A stretch of 39,143 nucleotides of DNA from assembly GCF_006345805.1 (NCBI RefSeq), contig NW_021835694.1:1-39143 (forward strand). Reading direction: 5' to 3'. Below the pieces are notes generated by a model. That model had not been told where the DNA came from. It made no database searches and worked only from the letters and a program-made list of their open reading frames with translations. The stretch comes from Octopus sinensis (lineage: Eukaryota). Position 1 is the stretch's first letter; every line of letters starts with the position of its first letter. A program made the translations under genes and the position numbers. This document shows, one piece after another, positions 26,396-38,439 of this stretch.

Positions 26396-27202
26396 TATAT
26401 AATATAATTGGTGGTTGTGTCCTCCTTATGTAGAGTTTGACCACCTCTTGTACCTTAGCACTATCATGGCATCTGATGTGGCTTTTTAAACCAGACAATA
26501 TTCTGAAAAGACACCCACATAGATTGTGCCTCTGATTTGGACCACCAAGACCTACAGATAAGTTCTGCTCTTTGTGGATCCTAAAATGTCTTTTGAAGCC
26601 TCCGTTGGATTTGCAAACCTTCTGGCATACACTGCATTCAAAGCTGTTCACAGATAAAAATATAGGCAGAATAGTTGGCAGAGGTTCGTTTTCCATGCGT
26701 TCTTCATGAAACTTTGCATACATGTTAAACTAACGTCCAGTTCAATTATAGGGTAATTGGATTACAATAAAAATCTATAATAAATTTATCTGCATGAAAT
26801 GGTGAAGAGTATTCTGTCTAATGAGAGTCCGATTTTAATGAATGCATTTCACTCCACATGTATTACACGGGCTGCTAATAGTTTCATGTACATGATAAGT
26901 ACGTTTATCAGGCGCTGATATTTTTATGAAACCAACAAGTTTTAAAATATATACAGGAACGGCTGCGAAGTAAGTAGCTTGCTTACCGGCCACATTGTTC
27001 TGGGTTCAGTTCTACTGCGTGGCACCTAGAGCAAGTGTCTTCTACTATAGCCTCAGGCCGACCAAAGCATTGTGAGTGGATTTGGCAGACAGAAACTGAA
27101 AGAAGCCTGTCGTATATATATACATGTATATATATACGTATATATATACGTATATATATATTATAATATATATATATATATACATACATATATATATACA
27201 TA

Positions 27203-27253
<51 letters not shown>

Positions 27254-27275
27254 TACATACATATATATGTATATA

Positions 27276-27367
<92 letters not shown>

Positions 27368-28019
27368 ATATATATAATATATATATATATAATTGGTGGT
27401 TGTGTCCTCCTTATGTAGAGTTTGACCACCTCTTGTACCTTAGCACTATCATGGCATCTGATGTGGCTTTTTAAACCAGACAATATTCTGAAAAGACACC
27501 CACATAGATTGTGCCTCTGATTTGGACCACCAAGACCTACAGATAAGTTCTGCTCTTTGTGGATCCTAAAATGTCTTTTGAAGCCTCCGTTGGATTTGCA
27601 AACCTTCTGGCATACCCTGCATTCAAAGCTGTTCACAGATAAAAATATAGGCAGAATAGTTGGCAGAGGTTCGTTTTCCATGCGTTCTTCATGAAACTTT
27701 GCATACATGTTAAACTAACGCCCAGTTCAATTATAGGGTAATTGGATTTCAATAAAAATCTATAATGAATTTATCTGCATGAAATGGTGAACAAGAGTTA
27801 TCTCCTGCAAGAAAGAAAAAAGAAGCATCTCTCCTGAAAAAAAATCCCGTAAACCAAAAAAATAATCCAGACCACATTGTTGGATTAAGTATCAATTTCA
27901 TCTAATTCATATTTTATTTATTATTCTATTTTATCTTTCACTTAGGCCCACATCTTAGTTAAAGTTGCGATCGTCATTTGGTTTGTTTACATTTTCAATA
28001 ACTGTTCTCGATATAATAA

Positions 28020-29120
28020 TTTTCCAGATACTCTATCTTCTAATTAGCCTTAAGATTAAATTAAATAACGTTTAATATTGATACCGTCAAATTAGCCTTA
28101 GGATTAAATTAAATAACGTTTAATATTGTTTAATATTGTTAATAATTATTGTTAATTAGCCTTAAGATTAAATTAAATAACGTTTAATATTGTTTTAATA
28201 TTGTTAATAATTTTTCAGATACTCTATCTTCTAATTAGCCTTAAGATTAAATTAAATAACGTTTAATATTAATAACGTCTAATTAGCCTTAGGATTAAAT
28301 TAAATAACGTTTAATATCGTTAATAATTATTGTTAATTAGCCTTAGGATTAAATTAAATAACGTTTAATATTGTTTAATATTGTTAATAATTACTGTTAA
28401 TTAGCCTTAAGATTAAATAAATAACGTTAATATTGTTTAATATTGTTAATAATTATTGTTAATTAGCCTTAGGATTAAATTAAATAACGTTTAATATTGT
28501 TTAATATTGTTAATAATTATTGTTAATTAGCCTTAAGATTAATTAAATAACGTTTAATATTGTTTTAATATTGTTAATAATTCTTCAGATCTATCTCTTC
28601 TAATTAGCCTTAAGATTAAATTAAATAACGTTTAATATTACCCACACTCTAATATAATATTAACATTGCTAATATATTTTCAGATACTCTATCTCCTGAT
28701 TAGCCTTAAGATTAAATAACGTTTTTATCCACACTCTAATATAATATTAATATTGCTAATATATTTTCAGATACTCTATCTTCTAATTAGCCTTAAGATT
28801 AAATTAAATAACGTTTAATATTAATAACGTCTAATTAGCCTTAAGATTAAATTAAATAACGGTTAATATTGCTTAATATTGTATATATAATTTTTCAGAT
28901 ACTCTGTCTTCTAAATAGCCTTAAGATTAAATTAAATAACGTTTAATATTACCCACACTCTAATATAATATTAATATTGCTAATATATTTTCAGATACTC
29001 TATCTCCTAATTAGCCTTAAGATTAAATAACGTTTTTACCCAAATAACGTTTTTACACAAACTTTAATATTGTTAATATTTCTTTTTCAAGTACTCTATC
29101 TTCTAATTAGCCTTAATATC
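28020..29120 (+). repeat. AT-rich tandem monomer array in the LINE 5' region
   Basis: About 16 copies of TAATTAGCCTTA(A/G)GATTAAATTAAATAACGTTT at ~48-110-bp spacing with a few recurring linker types. Confidence 0.92.
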
Positions 29121-29177
29121 TTCCTGTCTTCTCTCGAACATAATTAGATAGATAAACGGATAGACGGATTATCCAGC

Positions 29178-30119
29178 ATGTCCAGAGCATGGAGACGTGA
29201 CGAGCTGGATTTATTCGTACGAGCATGGGAGTACGCCGGCGGAGATAGCCCTAGTGAGGTGATTGCGGCTGCGCTGAAGAGCAGAGGCTACAAGAGGACA
29301 GCGGCTCAGATGGAGCGAAAGAGACAGGAATTCGTGCGCTCATATGCGCTTGTACGGTCGCACATTGGCGCACTTGATGCCATCTTTGAGAACGAGCGGG
29401 GCAAAGATGGCAAGAATGGAGACGATGAAAGAAGTCACCCCCACCTGGTGGACGCCCAGGAGGAGGTTTTGAATGAGAAACCTGCCCGGGAAGTGAACCC
29501 AGGTGCAAGTTCTCCAACCGGCAGCAAGGGCCATGGAGACGGAGAACCCAGTGAAGAGGTAGAGGGAGGAAGAAGAACTAAAAGAAGGACTGGAAGAGCT
29601 AAAGGAAAAGAAAAAGCTCAAGCAGGACCAGAGAGAGAAACAACCAGGAGTAGAAGTGGAACCGCAAAGGATGGAACCAAACAGCGCACACGGGTGTGTA
29701 TGTTCTACCTGAGAGGTTCCTGCTGGCACGGAAAGGAAGGTGCAGGCTGCCGCTTTGCACATCGGGGACCCTGCCACAGAGACACGAGGCAGATAGACAA
29801 ACCATCAACACAAAGAAAAGGGATGGACTACGCACCACCTGCCCCAAAGCGGAGGTACGCAGATGTTGTGCGCGCCACAAACAGCCAACATGATGTTGTC
29901 GAAAGAGCAGCTGCTGAGCAACAATCTTTTTTGTGCATGGCACAAAAGATTGTACAGCAGCTGACCTGGCTTCATCAAACCCAAGCCCGCAGGTGGGACT
30001 ACCCACTATATACCAGACCACCACAGCAAACAGACACAGGATGGACACCGCCGCCCGCAACACGTACACCTCACCTCGATACTCCTACTGAACATCAGAG
30101 GACTGCAAACACTCAGTAA
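29178..30119 (+). CDS. LINE ORF1, 313 aa: N-terminal Myb/SANT(trihelix)-like segment and CCCH zinc finger
   Basis: Open, non-repetitive ORF. WRRDELDLF...IAAALKSRGYKRTAAQMERKRQEFVRSY; CMFYLRGSCWHGKEGAGCRFAH (C-x7-C-x8-C-x3-H). Confidence 0.8.
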   Translation: MSRAWRRDELDLFVRAWEYAGGDSPSEVIAAALKSRGYKRTAAQMERKRQEFVRSYALVRSHIGALDAIFENERGKDGKNGDDERSHPHLVDAQEEVLNEKPAREVNPGASSPTGSKGHGDGEPSEEVEGGRRTKRRTGRAKGKEKAQAGPERETTRSRSGTAKDGTKQRTRVCMFYLRGSCWHGKEGAGCRFAHRGPCHRDTRQIDKPSTQRKGMDYAPPAPKRRYADVVRATNSQHDVVERAAAEQQSFLCMAQKIVQQLTWLHQTQARRWDYPLYTRPPQQTDTGWTPPPATRTPHLDTPTEHQRTANTQ

Positions 30120-32990
30120 CAGGACAAAGATCCCGTTCCTGAGAGACTTTGAAACCGGACATAGCAGATGCGGAGTTACACATACCACAGTATGCTGTAC
30201 TACGGACCGACAGGAAAGAAAGGAGTCATGGAGGTGTTGCTATGTACATCCGTGAGGACCTCACACCCCAGGTCCTCTTGTCATACTCAAACTCGGTGTG
30301 TGACACACTAATTGTACATATTAGGCAACTTGATGTAGTTGTGTGTGCTACATATCGCCCTCCAGATGCCCCAAGCCATGTGGGCAAGTTTGAAGACTGC
30401 CTTATAAAAATAGAAGAAATTCTAACCACATTAGAACAACACATAGGTGTGCTTCTTATGGGAGACTTCAATCTGCCCAATGTCAGATGGCCTGAGGGCC
30501 TTTCTCTCCCAGGAATGACAAGATGTGAACGAGGACAGGCGAGGTCCCTCCTGAACCTCATCAACACCCTGTACATGGAGCAGGTAATACTCCAACCAAC
30601 CAGGGCAGGTAACACACTGGATCTCTGCTTCACAAATGACATGGATCTCATCCATAATGTGAAAGTGACACCGACACTACTCTCGGATCACAACATGATA
30701 GAGCTGACCATGTACGGGCCAAAAGAGAGCACGGACATGCAGCCTACAAGAAACCCTCAAAATCTTTCCAGCTTGAACTACCATAAGGCAAACTGGAAAC
30801 AAATTGAGAAAGAGATCCTCAACAAAACTGGCCTAAATGTCTCTCCTCGCCAGACATCGACGTGAAACTTCAACAATTCATGTCTGTAATGCAAGCCATA
30901 TGCTACAAATGTGTCCCAGAGAAAGGCCACTGTACACAAGAACAAAATCCCCAGAGAGAGGAAAATTTTAATGAGACGGCGTACGAATTTTCAAATCGCC
31001 TAAACAAACAGATTGAAAGCAGTGAAAAGTCCCGCCTAAAAATAAAACTGTTGGAAATCGAAAAATGTCTGCAACTCTCCCATGAAAAAGAAAGAGCAGA
31101 CAAAGAAGCCTGGGCTATAGAAAACATAAAATCTAACCCCAGAGCTTTCTACAGGTATGCCAAAGAAACAGCTACAGTGCACTGTAGAATAGGGCCACTC
31201 CTCGAAAACGATGGCACACTTACAGGAAAACCAATGAGGGTAAGTGAAATACTGAATGAGCAATTCAAGAGTGTTTTCACTCCACCCCTTGGGCATCTCC
31301 AAATCACCAATCCAACTGACTTTTTTACCACTGCAGATATAAAATCAGAGGCGGCGACGATAGATTACATCGATATAAAGGAAGACGATGTAACCAAGGC
31401 TATAGATGAATGAAAACAGACTCAGCTACTGGCCCCGATGGATTCCCGGCAATCCTCCTAAAAGCATGTAAGAGAGTCCTAGCAAGACCACTGCAGTTCC
31501 TCTTTCAGAGCTTCCTTGCAGCTGGCAAACTTCCAGGAAAACTGAAGGAAGGTAAAATATGCCCCATTCATAAAGGAGGTAGCAGAGCGGAAGCCAAGAA
31601 CTATAGACCTATCTCTCTGACCTCACACATCAGCAAGGTCATGGAACGAATAGTCAGAAGGAAGCTGATCACCTTCCTTGAAGAGAATGACTTGCTGCCC
31701 GACACCCAACATGGTTTCCGACCAGGGAGAAGCTGTTTAACTCAGCTCCTACAACACTATGACTGGGTGCTGAAACGGCTGCTCAACCACTCAAATGTGG
31801 AAGTGATATATCTCGACTTTGCAAAGGCCTTTGATAAAGTCGATCATGGAATGATATGTCACAAACTGCGTGATCTCAACATAGTTGGAAAACTAGGAGA
31901 ATGGCTTCATGACTTTCTGAAGGATAGAAGTCAGGTGGTAGTAGCCACCAATGGGGCCACCTCCATTAACACCACAAATAGTGAGCGGTGTTCCACAGGC
32001 ACTGTTCTGGGACCACTACTGTTCATAATGGCCCTCTCAGACATGCCCTCAGCCACGCAGAGAGCCACGATCACAAGTTATGCAGACGATACAAAAGTTT
32101 CACAGGCAATACAGAACCCTGAGGACACTAAACACCTGCAATGTGAGCTGGACGAAATATACAAGTGGGCTGAAAAGAATGCATGCAGTTCAATGCTGGA
32201 AAGTTTCAAGCTTTATACTATCAGCATGCAAAACTGAATGCAATACCCAATGAATACACTGGACCCGAGGGATTGCAATCCCAGAGGCACAATCAGTGCG
32301 TGACCTGGGTATTCACATGAGTGATGACGCGACCTTTCATGTACATGTTGCTAAACTGACAATGAAATGTAGACGGCTGGCTGGATGGATTCTTAGAACC
32401 TTTAGAACAAGAGAACAAGAAACCATGATGGTCCTCTGGAAGACACTTGTCCTAAGCCACTTTGACTATTGCTCTCAGCTATGGTCACCATCCAGTGTCA
32501 AGTTGATCACAGAACTTGAGGCGATCCAACGAAGCTACACAAAGAAGATAGCCTCTATGCAGAATGTGAGCTACTGGGAAAGACTCAAGAGATTAAAACT
32601 ATATTCCCTGGAGCGTAGGCGGGAAAGATATGCCATAAATACATCTGGAAGATCCTGGAGGGAAGTGTCCTGAACTTTGGCATCGAGAGTTACGCAAATG
32701 CCAGAACTGGGCGCCACTGCGTGGTGCCTAGGACTCCAAACCTGCCATCAAGATGTAGACAAGATTCTGTGATAGCCTGGGCTTCCGAGGCCACAGCTCT
32801 TCAATATCCTCCCGAAGAACCTGAGAGACCTGCATGGGGTGGATACAGATGTCTTTAAAATGAAGCTGGATCTCTTCCTGTCAGGTGTCCCAGATGAACC
32901 AACTTCAAGGCAGGAGGGGCAGATGAGGGCAGCTGCATCGAACTCTCTCATGCACCAAATAGCAGTTGCTAGAAAGCCTCCATGAAGTGA
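30073..32990 (+). pseudogene. LINE ORF2 (APE endonuclease + reverse transcriptase), frameshifted
   Basis: LLLNIRGL (from 30073, different frame), GDFNLP, GNTLDLCFT, SDHNMI; GPDG, NYRPISLTS, QHGFRPGRSC, YLDFAKAFDKVDH, GTVLGPLLF, YADD; RDLGI, YCSQLWSP, YWERLKRLKLYSLERRR. Confidence 0.93.
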
Positions 32991-33221
32991 AACCAAGTAG
33001 CAACACCAAATGGCGGTGCCCCAGCATGGCCACAGCTCATAAGCTGAAACTAGAATCAATCAATCAATCAATCAAGAGTATTCTGTCTAATGAGAGTCCG
33101 ATTTTAATGAATGCATTTCACTCCACATGTATTACACGCGCTGCTAATAGTTTCATGTACATGATAAGTACGTTTATCAGGCGCTGATATTTTTATGAAA
33201 CCAACAAGTTTTAAAATATAT

Positions 33222-33450
33222 ACAGGAATGGCTGTGAGGTAAGTAGTTTGCTTACCGGCCACATTGTTCTGGGTTCAGTTCTACTGCGTGGCACCTAGAG
33301 CAAGTGTTTTCTACTATAGCCTCAGGCCGACCAAAGCATTGTGAGTGGATTTGCACGTATATATATATACATGTATATATATATATACATGTATATATAT
33401 ATATATATACATGTATATATATATATACATGTATATATATTATATACATG

Positions 33451-33499
<49 letters not shown>

Positions 33500-33543
33500 C
33501 AACATATAATAACATGTATATATATATACATATAATATACATG

Positions 33544-33580
<37 letters not shown>

Positions 33581-33652
33581 CTACATACATATAAATATAT
33601 ACATGTATATATATATACATATATATATACATGTATATATATAATATATACA

Positions 33653-33715
<63 letters not shown>

Positions 33716-33914
33716 TGTGTGTCTGTGTTTGTCGCCCCAACATCGCTTGACAACTGATGCTAGTGTGTTTAAGTCCCCGTAACTTAGCGGTTCGGCAAAA
33801 GAGACCGACAGAACAAGAACTAGGTTTACAAAGAATAAGTCCTGGGGTCGATTTCCTCGACTAATGGTGGTGTTGCAGCATGGCCACAGTCACATGACTG
33901 AAACAAGTAAAAAA

Positions 33915-33920
<6 letters not shown>
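33222..33920 (+). mobile_element. SINE family A with expanded internal (TA)n
   Basis: Head 33222-33355, tail 33710-33920, followed by (GATA)n. Confidence 0.88.
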
Positions 33921-33995
<75 letters not shown>

Positions 33996-34107
33996 CATGC
34001 ATATCTATGTATTTAAATATATATGGGTGTATGTATATAATACACTAACACACACATGTGTCTGTGTGTATAAATATATACGCGCCGCATTCATGTGTAT
34101 GTGTGGG

Positions 34108-34147
<40 letters not shown>

Positions 34148-34463
34148 TGTGTATGTGTGTATGTGTGTTGTCCGCATTCTTTTGGATACTTCACTTCCTC
34201 TTAAATCATGTTTCTCCCCCTCTCTCTTCCTTCTTTCTATCACTCTCTCTTTCCTTCTTTTGTCATTTGTGTATGTGTGTGTGGTTCCTAAGATTCACCA
34301 TCAGCTTCTACACCATTACAAACAACTTCTGCTGCTGCTGCTACTACTATTGTTACCTCCGATGTTGTTGCTGCCGCCGACACCACCACCTCTACTACTA
34401 CTGCTACTTGTTTCTTCATTCTTCATTTATTGTTGTTCCCCTGCCCTCGTCATTCCTGTTCCT

Positions 34464-34737
34464 GAACTACACAACCAACTTCATTCAAACTTTACACATG
34501 CCTTAGAGTCCAGGGAGTGTCATGGGCAAAAAAATGTTTTAACTTCTTGCCTAGGGCGAGCCCACAGCAATATCATATCTTCTCCACTATGAATCCCTAA
34601 AACTTCAGAACTACACAACCAATTTCATTCAAATTTTACACATGCCTTATTTAGGGTCCATGTAGTGTCATGGGCAAAAAACTTCTAACTTCTTGCCTAG
34701 GGCGAGCCCACAACAATATCATATCTTCTCCACTATT
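34464..34737. repeat. 144-bp tandem duplication, unclassified (possibly Helitron/HINE-type)
   Basis: 'gaactacacaacca...ctagggcgagcccac...tctccactat' at 34464 and 34608. Confidence 0.75.
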
Positions 34738-35235
34738 TCAGTATTTCGTGTTAAAAGTGAAACAAAAACATCTCTCTATTGTAATGTCAGATACTTTCAC
34801 TTTAATACTGAAACTATTAAAGTCAAACTATTATATAAGAGGGATGAACCATTAACAGTGGACATCCATTTTGCTAGAAGAAGATCCGCTATGGTCTTAT
34901 ATGCTACACCACTGGTTTTCAGTTCATATTAATCAAATTAATATTCAATTTCTCACCTTTATTATTTTAAATTTAAATTTAAATTTAACTCAGGACCATG
35001 TGTTTTGGAATGAAGTTTGTTACCACACAGCCGCACCTGCACCTATGTATGTGTGTGTGTGCGTGTGTATAGCTGTGTATGTATACATTTATTTCTATAT
35101 ATATAGATATTTATGTATACATGTATATGTGTAGATATATATATAGATGTGCATGTAATATATACACATATATATTCACATAAATACATATATACATATA
35201 TACACCCATACACCCATACACACACACACACACAC

Positions 35236-35900
35236 AGGTGCCGGTGTGGCTGTGTGGTAACAAACTTCGTTCCAAAACACGTGGTCCTCAGTTTAGCCCC
35301 ACTGTGTGGTGACTTGGCATGAGTCTTCTGCTATAGCCTCAGACCAACCAAAGCCTTGTCAGTGGATTTTGTAGACAGAAACTGAAAGAAATCAATCGTA
35401 TATATATATATATGTATGTATAAATGTAAGTCTGTGTGTGTGTCTTTGTGTTTCTCCCTCATTACTGCCTAACAACTGGTGTTCGTATATTTACATCCCC
35501 ATAACTTACTGGTTTCACAAGAAGAAACTGATAGAATAAGTACCAGGCTTATCAAAATAAAAAAAACACTAGGCAGTATCTCATATTTTTGTTTGCCCAT
35601 ACAAGTTATCTTTGTGTGTGTGTGTGTATACATAAATACACACACACACACACATATATAGAGAGAGAGAGAGATTTCATAGACAGAAACGTAAAGAAAT
35701 CAATCGTATATATATGTATGTATATATTTAAGTGTATGTGTGTGACTTTGTTTCTGTGTTTCACCCTCATCAATGCTTCACAACTGCTGTTCGTTTATTT
35801 ACATCCCCATAACTTACTGGTTTCACAAGAGGAAACTAATAGAATAAGTACCAGGCTTATCAACATAAAAAGCACTACGCTGTGTCTCATATTTTTGTTT
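35236..35900 (+). mobile_element. Diverged SINE family A with tandemly duplicated 3' half
   Basis: 'agaaatcaatcgtata...catccccataacttactggtttcacaaga' occurs twice (~35386 and ~35695). Confidence 0.75.
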
Positions 35901-35942
35901 GCCCACTCAGTTGTATCTATCAATTTATCTTTGTGTGTGTGT

Positions 35943-35987
<45 letters not shown>

Positions 35988-37671
35988 ACACACACACACA
36001 CACGCACGCACATATATATGTATACATGTATGTATATGTGTACATTCATATTTATTATATCAAAGACAATGTCTTCATGTGTTCGTGTATTACTTATACA
36101 TTCGAAAACTGCTGCACCGATCATAATGAAATTTGGAACACAAAATCGAAGCCCAGGGAGAAGGGTAATGCTGTGTGTTTCATACAATTTCATGGACCAA
36201 AATTTCTCAATGGATGGATCCTTATGATATTTGAAACTTAGATTCAATGCATAAGGGCGGGTATAATGCAATGTGTTTGGTTTGAATTTCGGATGGCTTA
36301 AAGGGGGCAGAACCCTCCATGAAAATTCATAAATTTTCAATGTTGATGAAATTTCAACCATGGGTAATTGACACACATCAAGAAATATTCTCAAAGTATC
36401 CACTTTACATGAGGGTTCTAAGACTCCCAAATTTTAGACATTTCTTTTTTGATCCAAAACTAGGTCAAAAGTACTAAATGGATCTTTATGATATTTGGAA
36501 ATTATATTCTATGCATAAGGGCCATAACCCCATGACAATTCATATATTTTTGCTGTTGAGGAAATTTTAACCATAGATATTAGACACAAATGAAGTAATA
36601 TTTATAAAATTTCATCTTCTTACAAGTTAAGAATACCCCACCATGGGGACTTAACACCCACAATTTTGTCATTTTATCAAAGCAAAAACGAATACAGTTG
36701 TGCTCTTGGAAGCTGTAGGGTTACCCGAGCATAAAAGTTGATCATTATTTGTAATTCAATTGTACAACAGTGTAAGAGTTTGCTTTGGCATACACTTACA
36801 TTGTGATTTCTGCAATGTGGTGCATAAATTGTCAAGTAAATGAGAGGCATCTTTGCCTCCACTGATTCAGTTGCAAAGTGTGGAGTAAAGCTATTTGATT
36901 GCAGACCTCCTTTCAGTCTTTTTATTATCACTCGGTCACACATAGTCCCTAGATGGTAACATTGATTTCAAGGCCTTCCCAGATGAGTGACTGGTTATTC
37001 AAAGACATTTATAGATTGTAAATTTATTCTGTCCAGTTACATATCAGTATAGTGGTCATTTTCATTTCTCCATAGCCCTCACGTCACACAGTTGTTAATG
37101 TTTATTTCAGTTGGGTCACGCCCTTCCAATTGCTATAGATTCGTAATGCATCTTACGGCTGTGCCTGTCACCTGGATGATGACGAATCCTACATTGGGAG
37201 TAGTAACGTCTAGGGTACTGTAGCTGACTGCTTATTGGGATCATTCGTCTTTTGGTTTCCTGTAGCTTTGCTCTCTTTTACAAACCCAGTGAACATATAT
37301 TTCCTATTTCAAAGAAATTCAAACAATAGATATAAGACCCAAGTAAAAAAGATTCGCAACAATTCAAATTCTCTGATTGGCATTAAGATGCCCACCCCCA
37401 ACAGGGGCCTTAACTATCACATTTTAGAGCTCTATGACCTTCATTTTTCAGGAGCAAAATCTTTTTAACAGGTTCAATAAGACTGGAATTTTGGAATATG
37501 CACATAAAAATCAGTAGTATGGGATATATGTGGCACGATTACAATTTTTGGGAGGTGTGCAAAGAGGGAAATAACCCTCATCTGCAATTTTGATGAATTT
37601 CGAAACATAGATATTCCAGTTCATTAGAGAAAATATAACAGAAAAATCTAATTCTTCAATTGTATATATAT

Positions 37672-37745
<74 letters not shown>

Positions 37746-37774
37746 GATAGATAGATATAGATAGATAGATAGAT

Positions 37775-37834
<60 letters not shown>

Positions 37835-37837
<3 letters not shown>

Positions 37838-38377
37838 TTTATAAAAAAGAAGTTTGAAAACGCCATTATATAAGATAAATTTTAATTTTCTTAGAAATTT
37901 TACATGTTTCGGTTCTTCTTGAAAAAACGAACCTTATCAAAAATATTAAAAAAAGTTAAGTGTAATAAAAAAAGTTCATAATTGTTTCTTACTGGTCTCA
38001 ACAGAATCCACATGGTAGTTTTTTGTGGGGAGTAAACATAATAGCTGTCTTATGTGTTCGAATCCGACTAAGGTAATGGTCAGTGGCTGAAATCAGTAAG
38101 AAACAATTATGAACTTTTTTATTACACTTAACTTTAAATTTACAGCTATTATGTTTACTCCCCACAAAAAACCACCACGTGGATTCTGTTGAGACCAGTA
38201 AGAAACAATTATGAACTTTTTATTACCCTTAACTTTTTAAAATATTTTTGATAAGGTTCATTTTTTCAAGAAGAACCGAAACATGTAAAATTTCTAAGAA
38301 AATTAAAATTATCTTATATAGTGGCGTTTTCAAACTTCTTTTTTTATAAATATATACCCACGTATACGACCTACACT

Positions 38378-38378
<1 letters not shown>
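37835..38378. mobile_element. Inverted-repeat hammerhead element (arms 37835-38048 and 38142-38353)
   Basis: About 213-bp inverted arms between (GATA)n and (TA)n. The spacer has GTTCGAATCC (38056-38065) and a third partial arm copy; the right arm has a short extension. Confidence 0.8.
38244..38291 (+). ncRNA. Minimal hammerhead motif with U3-A8 core and GUA cleavage triplet (mirror on minus strand, 37897-37944)
   Basis: AUUU UUGAUAA GGUUC-13 nt-GAACC GAAA CAUGU A AAAU; palindromic ACAUGU stem III. Confidence 0.7.
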
Positions 38379-38412
<34 letters not shown>

Positions 38413-38439
38413 TATATAATATATATATATATATATATA

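Larger units (their letters stand above)
27792..33073 (+). mobile_element. CR1/L2-group LINE, apparently full length (~5.28 kb), (CAAT)n tail
   Basis: Splits the site TGGTGAAGAGTATTC, which is intact at 25851 and 26800. Contains 5' array, ORF1, APE-RT ORF2 pieces and 3' stem-loop. CAAGAGT occurs at both junctions. Confidence 0.92.
25461..33355. repeat. Tandem triplication of a ~0.95-kb unit (starts 25461, 26408, 27393); unit 3 interrupted by the LINE
   Basis: Near-identical ~705-bp core (RTE-like 3' fragment, unique segment, SINE A head) separated by (TA)n tracts; unit 3 resumes at 33074. Confidence 0.95.

Noticed and set aside
26034-27708. Host C2H2 zinc-finger gene cluster
   Set aside because: Only two fingers per unit (second degenerate), no TGEKP linker, frames run into (TA)n and a SINE; better explained as a duplicated RTE 3' fragment.
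28020-29120. CRISPR-like repeat-spacer appearance
   Set aside because: Linkers are recurring AT-rich variants rather than unique spacers, spacing is irregular, there are no cas genes and the context is a eukaryotic LINE.
36050-37470. Possible Helitron-like leader and decayed coding sequence
   Set aside because: Only vague resemblance; no termini or protein motif that I can support.
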